Below the pieces are notes generated by a model. The model did not search any database. It worked only from the letters and a program-made list of their open reading frames with translations, and was not told the origin of the DNA. A stretch of 34,847 bases of DNA from positions 1-34,847 of the forward strand of contig VGPA01000001.1 in the NCBI GenBank assembly GCA_016875665.1. Direction: 5' to 3'. Position 1 is the stretch's first letter. Every line of letters starts with the position of its first letter. Origin of the DNA: Chloroflexota bacterium (GTDB taxonomy: Bacteria; Chloroflexota; Limnocylindria; P2-11E). Of the stretch, positions 16,744-25,015 are shown piece by piece. The position numbers and the translations under genes were made by a program.

Positions 16744-17444
16744 CGCCGGGTAAGCCGGCCGAGCTCGGCCAGCAACCTCCCGAATGGGGTCTGGTCGTCG
16801 GAGCGCGAGGCGCCGGGAGGGTTCGGCAGCAGCTTCACGATCTCCGGGTAAGCGATCCCGCCCGCTCCCTCCGGGCTGGCGAGCGTGCGGGTGAGCTCGG
16901 GGAAGGCGCGGAGCTGATCGAGGCTTGCCAGGCGCCCCGCCCCATCGCGCAGCGGGAACCCGCCCCGGACATCGAACACGCGCCAGTCGCCGTCGACCTG
17001 CGCGTAGGCCACGGCGTGCACGACTCCGCCATCGGGGCGGCGTGCGAACGCGAGCGCTCCGCTGATCCCCTGGTAGCCGACGAGCGTCGCGAACACGTCC
17101 GCCGCCTGATCGGAGTTGCCGTAGCCGCGGATCACGACGTTCAGGGTGTGGTCGTCCACGACCGGGAGCCCGGGCGGTTGAGGCCGCACGTTGCCGTGCA
17201 CCCAGCGCAGAATGGACAGAGCGCGATCCTCCTGTGACTCACCGGCACCCGCGACCGCCTGGGAGGCTACGCGGCGCAGCTGGAGGTCCCGCGAGACGAA
17301 CATGATCGCCTTCTCGTAGAGCGGGATCTGGTACGTCGACACCTTGAAATCGACGCCGACGCTCGTGGTCGTGGGGAGGCTCGCGACCACGACGAGAACC
17401 GCGGCGGCCGCGATGACGACCGCGAGACGGCGGTACCGCTGCAC
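16740..17444 (-). CDS. Membrane-anchored extracytoplasmic protein with a transglutaminase-like core (Cys position is Ser)
   Basis: 234 aa from GTG 17444 (VQRYRRLAVVIAAAAVLVVVASL = N-terminal TM anchor). Core: RGYGNSDQAADVFATLVGYQGISGALAF...VVHAVAYAQVDGDWRVFDV. This resembles the G.C..fa..f...lr..Gi.ar...HaW.ev...g.W..fD triad layout with Ser in place of Cys. The functional call is tentative. Confidence 0.45.
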   Translation of the reverse strand: MQRYRRLAVVIAAAAVLVVVASLPTTTSVGVDFKVSTYQIPLYEKAIMFVSRDLQLRRVASQAVAGAGESQEDRALSILRWVHGNVRPQPPGLPVVDDHTLNVVIRGYGNSDQAADVFATLVGYQGISGALAFARRPDGGVVHAVAYAQVDGDWRVFDVRGGFPLRDGAGRLASLDQLRAFPELTRTLASPEGAGGIAYPEIVKLLPNPPGASRSDDQTPFGRLLAELGRLTRR

Positions 17445-18715
17445 TATCTGCCAATGCCCAGGTAGGCGGCTCCTGCCCTGCGGACCCTCTCCGGATCGAG
17501 GACGTTCCGGCCGTCGAGGACGACCGAGGCTCCCGTCGCGGCAAGCCACGCCAGGTCGGCGTACTCGGGCGCGAGCGCCTGGACGATGACCGCGTCGGCC
17601 CGCGCGAACCCGGGGCCCTGCGCGGGAGTGAAGCCGAACGCGCTCAGCTCGTCCGGGGTGAGAAGCGGATCCGCGGCCAGCACAACCGCACCGGCGTCGC
17701 GGAGAGGCTTCAGCAGCCTGATCGCCGGGCTGTTCGCGGTGTCCTTCACCCCGGGGCGATAGGTCACGCCGAGGATCAGCACGCGAGCCCCGGCGAGCCC
17801 TCCCTTGCGTCCGGAAGCGAGCCGCTCCACCGCGTAGTCGACCATTTCGTCGTTCTGCTCGCGCGCACTGAGCACGATGTCCGCGCTCTCGGGAGAGCGC
17901 GCTGCGTAGAAGTAGGGGTACACGGGGATGCAGTTGCCACCCACGCCCACGCCCGGAGAGTGGATGTGCGAGTACGGCTGGGAGTTGGCGCAGCGGATCG
18001 CCTCAGTCGCGTCGACGCCGAGGCCATCGGCCGCGCGGGCGAACGCGTTCGCCAGACCGATATTCGTGTCGCGGTAGGTCGTCTCGATGAGCTTGACGAA
18101 CTCCGCCGTCTCGGCGTTGGCGACCTCCCAGGTCTCGAGGCCGAGCCCCTCGCGGTAGAAGCGCGCGGCGCGGCGGGTCGCCTCCTCATCGATGCCCCCG
18201 ACGATCTTCGGGTATGTGCGAAGGTCGCGGAAGACGACCCCGACGGAGACGCGCTCCGGGCTGTACGCCATCCAGAAGTCACGGCCGTGCTTGCGGCCCC
18301 CACGTTCGAGAACCGGAAGCACGCGATCGCGGGTGGTTCGCGCCGGGACGGTCGACTCGATGACGACCGTCGTGCCGGTGCCGAGGCCACGGCTGATGTC
18401 CTCGCTCGCCCCGTCGAGCGCCGAGAAGTCGATGTCATCGGCGGATGTGGCGTGGACGGGCACGATGACGATGACGATCTCGGCGTTCGCGACCGCCGCG
18501 GCCGTATCCGACGTCGTCCGCCACCTGCCGGTGGCCGCGCCCGCCGCAAGCGACTCGCGCAGCTCGGGCTCGAGGAGGAGCTCGTCGTCGAGCCGGTCGA
18601 TCACGCTTCTTCGGGACGGACTCACATCACTGCCGGTGACGTCGTGACCGGCCGCCAGATAGAAGCCGGCGAGCGGCAGGCCGAGCCTTCCCAAGCCGAC
18701 GACCGTCACACGCAT
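17444..18715 (-). CDS. Nucleotide-sugar dehydrogenase (UDP-glucose/GDP-mannose dehydrogenase family), second copy
   Basis: MRVTVVGLGRLGLPLAGF, YSPERV, GVGVGGNCIPVYPYF (catalytic Cys), VLILGVTYRPGVKDTANSP. Start ATG 18715. Stop TAG 17444-17446 shares 1 nt with the next GTG. Confidence 0.8.
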   Translation of the reverse strand: MRVTVVGLGRLGLPLAGFYLAAGHDVTGSDVSPSRRSVIDRLDDELLLEPELRESLAAGAATGRWRTTSDTAAAVANAEIVIVIVPVHATSADDIDFSALDGASEDISRGLGTGTTVVIESTVPARTTRDRVLPVLERGGRKHGRDFWMAYSPERVSVGVVFRDLRTYPKIVGGIDEEATRRAARFYREGLGLETWEVANAETAEFVKLIETTYRDTNIGLANAFARAADGLGVDATEAIRCANSQPYSHIHSPGVGVGGNCIPVYPYFYAARSPESADIVLSAREQNDEMVDYAVERLASGRKGGLAGARVLILGVTYRPGVKDTANSPAIRLLKPLRDAGAVVLAADPLLTPDELSAFGFTPAQGPGFARADAVIVQALAPEYADLAWLAATGASVVLDGRNVLDPERVRRAGAAYLGIGR

Positions 18716-18716
18716 G

Positions 18717-19454
18717 TCAGGCGACCCTCTTCTGCCTGAGGAGCGCACGGGTCCCCCTGAGGCCGCAGTGCATCAGCGCGTCGACGATCGAGAGACCGGG
18801 AACGAAGGCTTGAGCGCGCGGCTGCGGATACTGCGGATGCCTGAAATCCTGGTAGACGAGGCGGACCCCCGCGGCTTCGAACTCGTCCTCCTCGAGATAC
18901 CCCGCCGAGCCCCCGCCGCAGAGATAGGTGCTCCCACCCACCGCGCGCACCAGCGCGATGAGCAGATCGGTCGCGTGTCCGAAGTGCGGCAGCGTCGACA
19001 TGGGGACGAGACGTGCCGCCGGCAGGCCGAGCGCCACGGTGAGCTCCCTGATCGCATGTGAGTTGTAGTCGCACAGCGACGAGGTTCTGTTCTCGATGAG
19101 CGGGCGCACGAGCGCGAGCGTCTCCTCGTAGAAGGGGGTCTTCCCGTAGTTGTAGCGGAGGAGCTCGAGTACCCGCTCACGCCACGGCGTCTCCTCGCTG
19201 ATCTCGGTTTCGCGGATCGTTCGGACGCCGTGGTGGTTGCGAACGACCGGCACGGTCACCCACTTGGCCTGACCGCCCACGAGCATCGGGACTCGGTTGG
19301 TCCAGCCGCCGGCGCCCGACTTCGGGAACTGGACCTCATCCATGACGACGAAGACGTCCGACCGGGCGATCTTGTCGAAGAAGCCGAGCCATGGGAGGAA
19401 GTTCGGCTGATGGATCGCGACCACCTTGTCGCCGGCCGCAACGGGAGCCGTCAC
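18717..19454 (-). CDS. WbqC-family protein (O-antigen-cluster-associated, biochemical function unknown)
   Basis: VVAIHQPNFLPWLGFFDKIARSDVFVVMDEVQF...WTNR...I..W..K....I...Y.K.PFY...YL.GGGS..YL..FE..G. This is the characteristic WbqC layout. Start is GTG 19454 or the in-frame GTG 19424. Confidence 0.72.
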   Translation of the reverse strand: MTAPVAAGDKVVAIHQPNFLPWLGFFDKIARSDVFVVMDEVQFPKSGAGGWTNRVPMLVGGQAKWVTVPVVRNHHGVRTIRETEISEETPWRERVLELLRYNYGKTPFYEETLALVRPLIENRTSSLCDYNSHAIRELTVALGLPAARLVPMSTLPHFGHATDLLIALVRAVGGSTYLCGGGSAGYLEEDEFEAAGVRLVYQDFRHPQYPQPRAQAFVPGLSIVDALMHCGLRGTRALLRQKRVA

Positions 19455-19472
19455 ACCGAGAACATACTGCGC

Positions 19473-20768
19473 TCAGCCGGCCTCGCTCAAAAGACGGTCC
19501 AGCTGCGCGAGCGGAGCCTCGACGTGGTTCCGCATCGCCCACTCCCGACCCTGTGCGGCAGCGCGGCGTCGGGCTCCGGCATCGGTGAGCGCGAGCATCC
19601 GGTCCCGGATCGCGTCGACGGTGCTCGCCGAGAGGATGGGCGCGGGATCGTCGGCCGGATGTGGCTGGGGCTGCGCCGGATCGTAGGAGCTCACGACCGG
19701 CACACCGCACGCGAGCGCCTCGCGAGCGAGCATGCCGTACCCGCCGAGGATGAACTGCACCATTGCCACGTCGGCCAGACGGAGTGCGCGAATCAGGCGG
19801 CGCTTGCTGTACACGGTGGGCAGGAGGCAGACGTCGTCCGAGAGGCCGAGCTCGGAAATAAGGGAGGAGGCGACGGCCGCCTCGTGTCCCCATCCGAGCA
19901 GCAGGAGGAACGCAGGTACGCCGCGCGCGCGAACTTGAGCGAACGCGCGCAGCAGCAGGTCCTGACCCTTCTCGGCGAAGGAGACCCGGGAAGGACAGAA
20001 GTACACGATCCTGCCCTCCATGCGGGCGGCGACGTCCGCCCCGAACACCTCCGCGCGCGAGCCGGGCTCGATCGCGTCATAGCTCTCGACGTCGACCGGA
20101 ACCGGGAACGGCCGCAGGTGATCCGCCAAATCGAGCGCCCGCAGGAAACCCAGGTCCATCGATGGCATTCCGAGAATCGCGAGCGACCGCTTCAGAGCGG
20201 CACGCTGGAGGAATCCTCGGGCGCGCTGGACGGGATTGCGCGACGTCGTCATGAAGGGCAGCGTGAAGACGTCCCAGCCCATCGTGATCACCCCGTACGG
20301 CGGTCCGGCCAGATACGCACTCCCTGCGGACGGTCCGAGAGCGACGAGGACGTCGTACTCGCTCGCCGCCGCGATGATCGGCACCTCCGGCACGATCACG
20401 GGCAGACCGAACGGCATCACGCCGAGCGGCATGACCCGCGCCAGCGCCGCCGGCAGTCTGATGCCCACACAGACCGCGCGAACGCTGACGCCGGGGCGCC
20501 TCACCCACTCCGGCTTGTGCCAGCCGACCTCCTTCTCGAGCGCTCGCCAGTAGGCGTCCCTCGGCGTGCGGTCGTACACGTCCGCCACCGGGCGCGCGAG
20601 ATCCGCGTCTTCCCACACGGGCTGCTGATTGAACGGAAGATTCGGCTGCTGGATGAAGTCCGCGTCGTAGCCACGGCGCCGCAGCATCTTGGCGAATACG
20701 TACGACGCGTTCGTCGTGTTGTCCAGCAGAGCGATGCGCCGGTGACCACGGGTCATCGCGGCTGCCAT
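19473..20768 (-). CDS. Glycosyltransferase, GT-B/GT4-like with an atypical N-terminal domain
   Basis: C-terminal half: FCPSRVSFAEKGQDLLLRAF...LLLLGWG...VYSKRRLIRALRLADVAMVQFILGGYGMLAREALACGVPVV. Start ATG 20768 is favoured because TACGAT lies 8 nt upstream. ATG 20756 and TTG 20792 are alternatives. Confidence 0.6.
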   Translation of the reverse strand: MAAAMTRGHRRIALLDNTTNASYVFAKMLRRRGYDADFIQQPNLPFNQQPVWEDADLARPVADVYDRTPRDAYWRALEKEVGWHKPEWVRRPGVSVRAVCVGIRLPAALARVMPLGVMPFGLPVIVPEVPIIAAASEYDVLVALGPSAGSAYLAGPPYGVITMGWDVFTLPFMTTSRNPVQRARGFLQRAALKRSLAILGMPSMDLGFLRALDLADHLRPFPVPVDVESYDAIEPGSRAEVFGADVAARMEGRIVYFCPSRVSFAEKGQDLLLRAFAQVRARGVPAFLLLLGWGHEAAVASSLISELGLSDDVCLLPTVYSKRRLIRALRLADVAMVQFILGGYGMLAREALACGVPVVSSYDPAQPQPHPADDPAPILSASTVDAIRDRMLALTDAGARRRAAAQGREWAMRNHVEAPLAQLDRLLSEAG

Positions 20769-20840
20769 CGCGTTCCATCGTACCGATCCCAATGCGCGGT
20801 CGGCGTAGAATCACAGCGCAAACACCAGGAGGACAGTGAC
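20769..20840. promoter_or_regulatory. Divergent promoter region, including a strong RBS for the acetyltransferase gene
   Basis: Plus strand: TAGAAT at 20806-20811, AGGAGG at 20827-20832, then 8 nt to GTG 20841. Minus strand: TACGAT (plus coordinates 20777-20782), then 8 nt to ATG 20768 with no SD, which suggests a leaderless mRNA. Confidence 0.4.
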
Positions 20841-21368
20841 GTGAGTCCCGGCGGCCAACACGCATCGCATGGGACCGGCGAGCTGCAGCTGGATCGCTTC
20901 AAAGCTCTCGGCTCGAACGTCGTGTTCGAGCCCGGGGTGCTCGTCTTCCACCCCGAGACCATCAGCATGGGCTCGAACATCTATGTCGGGCACAACGCGA
21001 TCCTCAAGGGCTACTACAAGTCCGAGATGCAGATCGGGGACGACAGCTGGATCGGCCAGCAGTGCATGTTCCACAGCGCCGGAGGCCTCTACATCGGCAA
21101 GAAGGTCGGGATCGGGCCCGGCGTCGGGATTCTCACCTCCACGCACGAGGATCAGGGGCGCTTCGTTCCGCTCCTCACAAGCCCACTGGTCGCCGCCGAA
21201 GTGGTGATCGAGGACGAGTGCGATCTCGGCTGGGGTACGATCGTGCTGCCGGGGGTGACGATCGGGCGTGGCGCGCTCGTCGGTGCCGGCTCGGTCGTGA
21301 CGAGCGATGTCGAGCCCTACTCGGTCGTCGCGGGCGTACCGGCCAAGCTCCTGCGCATGCGGGAGTAG
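20841..21368 (+). CDS. Left-handed beta-helix (hexapeptide-repeat) sugar acetyltransferase
   Basis: 175 aa from GTG 20841, preceded by AGGAGG. Hexapeptide repeats: IGSNVVFEPGV, MGSNIYVGHNA, IGDDSWIGQQC, IGKKVGIGPGV, IEDECDLGWGT, IGRGALVGAGSVV..VEPYSVVAGVPAK. The 537 upstream codons of track ORF 19230..21368 are an antisense shadow. Confidence 0.8.
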   Translation: MSPGGQHASHGTGELQLDRFKALGSNVVFEPGVLVFHPETISMGSNIYVGHNAILKGYYKSEMQIGDDSWIGQQCMFHSAGGLYIGKKVGIGPGVGILTSTHEDQGRFVPLLTSPLVAAEVVIEDECDLGWGTIVLPGVTIGRGALVGAGSVVTSDVEPYSVVAGVPAKLLRMRE

Positions 21369-22121
21369 TCAGCCGCGATCGCGGGCGCGCCGGTCGAGAG
21401 TCGCCGAAAGTCCTCCGGTGACATCCTGCGCGTACGTCGCGTTGACGCTCATGTAGCCGTCAATGATCGCCATGCGCCGCCGCTCGATCCGATCGAAGAT
21501 CTCGTCGTAGCCGAGGCCCTGCTCGGTGAAATGCTCCGGATGGAGAAGCAGCTGAGCCACTCCGCCGCGCGTTCGCGAGACGAAGGCGAAGGGATCCTCG
21601 CCGACGATCATGCGCGAATCCGAGAGGTATCGACCGGGCACGAACAGCTCGGCGCCGTATGCCCCACGAAAGCCGTCGAAGGCCGGGTACAGCCCGTTGG
21701 CCGACGGGTTGTGCAGGCTCAGGGAGGTGACCGGCTGACCGGTGATGTCCTCGAGGAGACGCGCTTCGTTCCGCACGCGTGCGGCCAGCTGCGCGCGGTC
21801 GGCGCTTCCGTACGCGGCCGGCCAGAAGTGCAGTCCGATGTCGAAGCCCGCTTCGGCGAGGCTCCTGAGCACGGCACGGCTCGCGGGGGCGGCCACGTTG
21901 TAGAGGTCGCTGGTTGTCATGACGCAATACGTCGCCGGGATCCCGAGTTGCTGCTCGAGCTCGCTGACGCCCGCGGTGCCTGAGAGATCGAGGTCGACGT
22001 CATGCCGCAGCACGAGGGCGTCGCCGCCATCCCAGTCCCTGATCGACGTGAGCCGCCGCTCCGATCGGGCGAACTCGAAGAACCGGCGGAGCTCCGAAAG
22101 GCGGAAGAACGCTGGTCGCAT
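21369..22121 (-). CDS. Divergent polysaccharide deacetylase (CE4-like, HDVD type; WbmS/ArnD-like)
   Basis: 250 aa from ATG 22121: LVLRHDVDLDL, GIPATYCVM, AGFDIGLHF, SLSLHNPS, LLLHPEHF. The family call is by motif resemblance only. Confidence 0.55.
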   Translation of the reverse strand: MRPAFFRLSELRRFFEFARSERRLTSIRDWDGGDALVLRHDVDLDLSGTAGVSELEQQLGIPATYCVMTTSDLYNVAAPASRAVLRSLAEAGFDIGLHFWPAAYGSADRAQLAARVRNEARLLEDITGQPVTSLSLHNPSANGLYPAFDGFRGAYGAELFVPGRYLSDSRMIVGEDPFAFVSRTRGGVAQLLLHPEHFTEQGLGYDEIFDRIERRRMAIIDGYMSVNATYAQDVTGGLSATLDRRARDRG

Positions 22122-23116
22122 CAGGCGCCCACCGGCGCCCGTCGGCCGACCATGTTCAGGCCCACGCTCGGCAGCCGTCGGACGTCCACGACACCCGCGT
22201 TGCGGAGCGCGGCGGTGACCTCGCTCTCCCGTTGGGGCTGGTCGTACGCGGGCCCGAGCATGTCGAGGGTGTCGAGGAGCGCCCACTCGTAGCGCTGGCT
22301 CCGGCTGAGCTCCTTCAGGTCGACGTAGTTCGCGACCGGGATGGCGAAGCGGAAGACGCGTCCGAGAAGCGGGATTCGGAAGAGCACGTCCGTCAACGGG
22401 AACAGGACGGGCATGAGGCGGCGGACCAGGCTCAGCTTGCCCTCGGTGCCCAGCGGCCGGAGCACCGCCCGCGCGAGGTACTTGCTGTAGAGCGGGGTCG
22501 TCCGGCGCCGCTCGTACGCCGTCACGGCGATGTGGGCATCGGGGCGCGCCGGGACCGCCAGCGCCGCGACCGCACGTAGGGGATCAGGCGTGTGCTGCAC
22601 GACGCCGATGCAGTACACCGCCTCGAACGTCCCCGGGGCGAAGGGCATCGCATACACGTCGGCCTGGACGAGCTCGACGCTGGGGTCGCCCGCGACGTTC
22701 AGTGCCGCCGCATCGACTGCGTCGCTGTAGTCCAGGCCGACCACGTGCGCCCCGAGACGCGACGCGACTTCGACGAAGCGCCCCGCACCGCAGCCCACGT
22801 CGAGGACCCGCTTGCCCTTCCACCACTCCGCCGGCAGCCCGGTCTCCGACAGGAGTCGCCGCTCCGAAAGCGTCGTCCCGTTGAAGCGATCGATCTGCGC
22901 GGTCCGAAAGCGCTTCCACTGCTCACCGAAGGACCTGGCGTAGTTCTCCGCCGGTACGAAGCGCGGAATGCCGGCAACGATCGGGAACTCCCGACCGCAG
23001 GCATCGCACCACAGCGACCCGGACACGATGCGCTCACCCTCGCGGTCTCCGACCACGCAGCGCAGGGCGCCGCCGCACGACGGACAGCGGAGGAGGTCCG
23101 TGAAGCCGGCCTTCAA
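22121..23116 (-). CDS. Class I SAM-dependent methyltransferase with N-terminal Trm112-like zinc ribbon, paralogue 2
   Basis: LLRCPSCGGAL...LWCDACGREFPIVAGIPRFV, then VLDVGCGAGRF. Same architecture as 3942-5027. Favoured start is TTG 23116 (TTGA overlap with the asnB-like stop). The alternative GTG 23167 would overlap by 55 nt. Confidence 0.7.
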   Translation of the reverse strand: MKAGFTDLLRCPSCGGALRCVVGDREGERIVSGSLWCDACGREFPIVAGIPRFVPAENYARSFGEQWKRFRTAQIDRFNGTTLSERRLLSETGLPAEWWKGKRVLDVGCGAGRFVEVASRLGAHVVGLDYSDAVDAAALNVAGDPSVELVQADVYAMPFAPGTFEAVYCIGVVQHTPDPLRAVAALAVPARPDAHIAVTAYERRRTTPLYSKYLARAVLRPLGTEGKLSLVRRLMPVLFPLTDVLFRIPLLGRVFRFAIPVANYVDLKELSRSQRYEWALLDTLDMLGPAYDQPQRESEVTAALRNAGVVDVRRLPSVGLNMVGRRAPVGA

Positions 23117-24990
23117 TTCGGATCCGTGAACGCGCGGTGCCAGAGCTCGAGCATCAGGAGGGACCACACACGATGCGTATGATCCTCGCGGCCCGAGGTG
23201 TGGTCACGGACCAGGCGCTCGAGAACGTCGGGGCGGAAGTAGCCGCGGCCCCGCGCTCGTGCCGAGAGGATGATGTCCTCCGCGAATCCGCCGAGGTCGC
23301 CACGGAACCACGCTCCCACGGGAACGCCGAACCCTTGCTTCGGCCGGTACATGTTCTCGCGCGGTACGCGGTCGGCCAGCGCCTTCTTGAGGACGTACTT
23401 GCGCTCGCCCGCCTTGATCTTGAGCGACGTGGGCAGCGAGATCGCGAACTCGACGAGCTCGCGGTCCAGGAGCGGAGAGCGGACTTCGAGCGAGTTCGCC
23501 ATCGAGGCGATGTCCACCTTCACCAGCAGGTCGTCGGGAAGGTACACGGCGCGATCGATCGCCTGCGCGGTGGCGATGGGATCCGCCCATGTCCAGGTCT
23601 GCCCGGTGAGGCTCGCGACGTCGTCGGCGCCGGCGGTCTCGGCCGCGAAGGCCGGGTCGAGGAGTGGCGCGAGCTGCGCCGTGTCGAAGACCCCGAGCCA
23701 GCGGAGATAGCGCTCGCTCGGCGGGAGCGAGAGGGCGCCGACGAAGCGCTTGACCCTTCTCGCCCGTGACCGCGGGGAGAGCGAGTCGGGGAGCACCGAT
23801 CCGACGAGCCAGAGCGCGAGCTTCGCGGCCGACAGCGGCGCGCGATCGAAACGCGACGCGATCTGCGCGGCCTGGTGCCGCTCGTATCCGGCGAAGAGCT
23901 CATCGCCGCCGTCCCCGTTCAGCGCCACGGTCACGTGCCGACGCGTGAGCTTGGAGAGGAAGAACGTCGGCACCGCGGACGAGTCGGCGTACGGCTCGCC
24001 GTAGTGCCGGACCAGCTGGTCGAGCACCTCGAGCCCCTCGGGACGGACGACGAACTCATGGTGCTCGGTGCCGTAGCGCTCCGCGATGCGCCGGGCGTGC
24101 GGTAGCTCGGAGTACGCGGCGTCGTCGAAGCCGATCGAGAAGGTTCTGACGTGCGGCGTGAGCTCGGCCATCGTGGCCACCACGCCACTGGAGTCCACGC
24201 CACCCGAAAGGAACGCGCCGATCGGAACGTCCGCGATGAGGCGGCGGGCGACCGCAGCACGCAGGAGGCGGCGCAGCTCGAGCACGGCATCCTCCTCGCC
24301 GATCGTGAGCGTCCCGGCCTGGGGCGGCGTCCAGTACCGCCGGAGCGCGACCGTGCCGTCGCGCCAGACCAGGACGTGCGCGGGTGGGAGTTTTTGGAGG
24401 CCCGCGAACGCGTCGCCGGGCGCAGGAACGTATCCCAACCGGAGGTAGCGGCGCACCGCCTGGGGATCGATCGAAGGACGCCCGCGCAGGCCGGCGAGGA
24501 GGCTCGCGTGCTCCGACGCGAACGTGAGGCGGTCGCTCTCGGACACGTAGAGCAGCGGCTTCTTTCCCATCCGGTCGCGCGCGAGCACGAGCGTGCCGGT
24601 CCTCGTGTCCCAGACCGCGATCGCGAACATCCCCTCGAGCCGCTCGACGAAGCGCTCCCCGAGGTCCTCGTAGAGATGCACGATCGTCTCGGTGTCGGAG
24701 TGCTCGGTGACGAGCCGGTGTCCCTTGCGAGAGAGCTCCTCGCGCAGCTCCTGGAAATTGTAAATCTCGCCGTTGAAAACGGTCCACACGGTTCCGTCCT
24801 CGTTGCATTGGGGCTGATCTCCGGTGAGCAGGTCGACGATGGCGAGGCGCCGGATCCCGAGCGCGACGTGGGGGGTCACCTTCTCGCCCGCGGCATCGGG
24901 GCCCCGGTGGGCGATGAGGTCGCGCATTCGGCGAAGTGGAGCGGTGAGGTCGCTCGGTGTCCGGCTCGCGATGCCGGCGATGCCGCACAT
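23113..24990 (-). CDS. Asparagine synthase (glutamine-hydrolysing) family amidotransferase, WbpS-like (probable sugar-carboxylate amidation)
   Basis: MCGIAGIAS (Ntn Cys2), so the start is ATG 24990 and not the track start at 25047. Also RGPD, NGEIYN, and the PP-loop FLSGGVDSS. 625 aa. Confidence 0.85.
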   Translation of the reverse strand: MCGIAGIASRTPSDLTAPLRRMRDLIAHRGPDAAGEKVTPHVALGIRRLAIVDLLTGDQPQCNEDGTVWTVFNGEIYNFQELREELSRKGHRLVTEHSDTETIVHLYEDLGERFVERLEGMFAIAVWDTRTGTLVLARDRMGKKPLLYVSESDRLTFASEHASLLAGLRGRPSIDPQAVRRYLRLGYVPAPGDAFAGLQKLPPAHVLVWRDGTVALRRYWTPPQAGTLTIGEEDAVLELRRLLRAAVARRLIADVPIGAFLSGGVDSSGVVATMAELTPHVRTFSIGFDDAAYSELPHARRIAERYGTEHHEFVVRPEGLEVLDQLVRHYGEPYADSSAVPTFFLSKLTRRHVTVALNGDGGDELFAGYERHQAAQIASRFDRAPLSAAKLALWLVGSVLPDSLSPRSRARRVKRFVGALSLPPSERYLRWLGVFDTAQLAPLLDPAFAAETAGADDVASLTGQTWTWADPIATAQAIDRAVYLPDDLLVKVDIASMANSLEVRSPLLDRELVEFAISLPTSLKIKAGERKYVLKKALADRVPRENMYRPKQGFGVPVGAWFRGDLGGFAEDIILSARARGRGYFRPDVLERLVRDHTSGREDHTHRVWSLLMLELWHRAFTDPN

Positions 24991-25015
24991 GAAGGTGAAA
25001 CCTACGATAGGCCCC
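24991..25015. promoter_or_regulatory. 25-bp divergent spacer with overlapping -10-like boxes (both flanking genes probably leaderless)
   Basis: Sequence gaaggtgaaaCCTAcgaTAGGcccc. Plus strand: TACGAT at 25003-25008, then 7 nt to ATG 25016. Minus strand: TAGGTT (plus coordinates 24999-25004), then 8 nt to ATG 24990. Neither side has a Shine-Dalgarno. Confidence 0.35.

Noticed and set aside
19230-20840. First 537 codons of the 712-aa plus-strand ORF 19230..21368
   Set aside because: This part is antisense to the WbqC and GT genes, is Arg-rich and has no domains. Only the last 175 codons are real (from GTG 20841, preceded by AGGAGG, with hexapeptide repeats).
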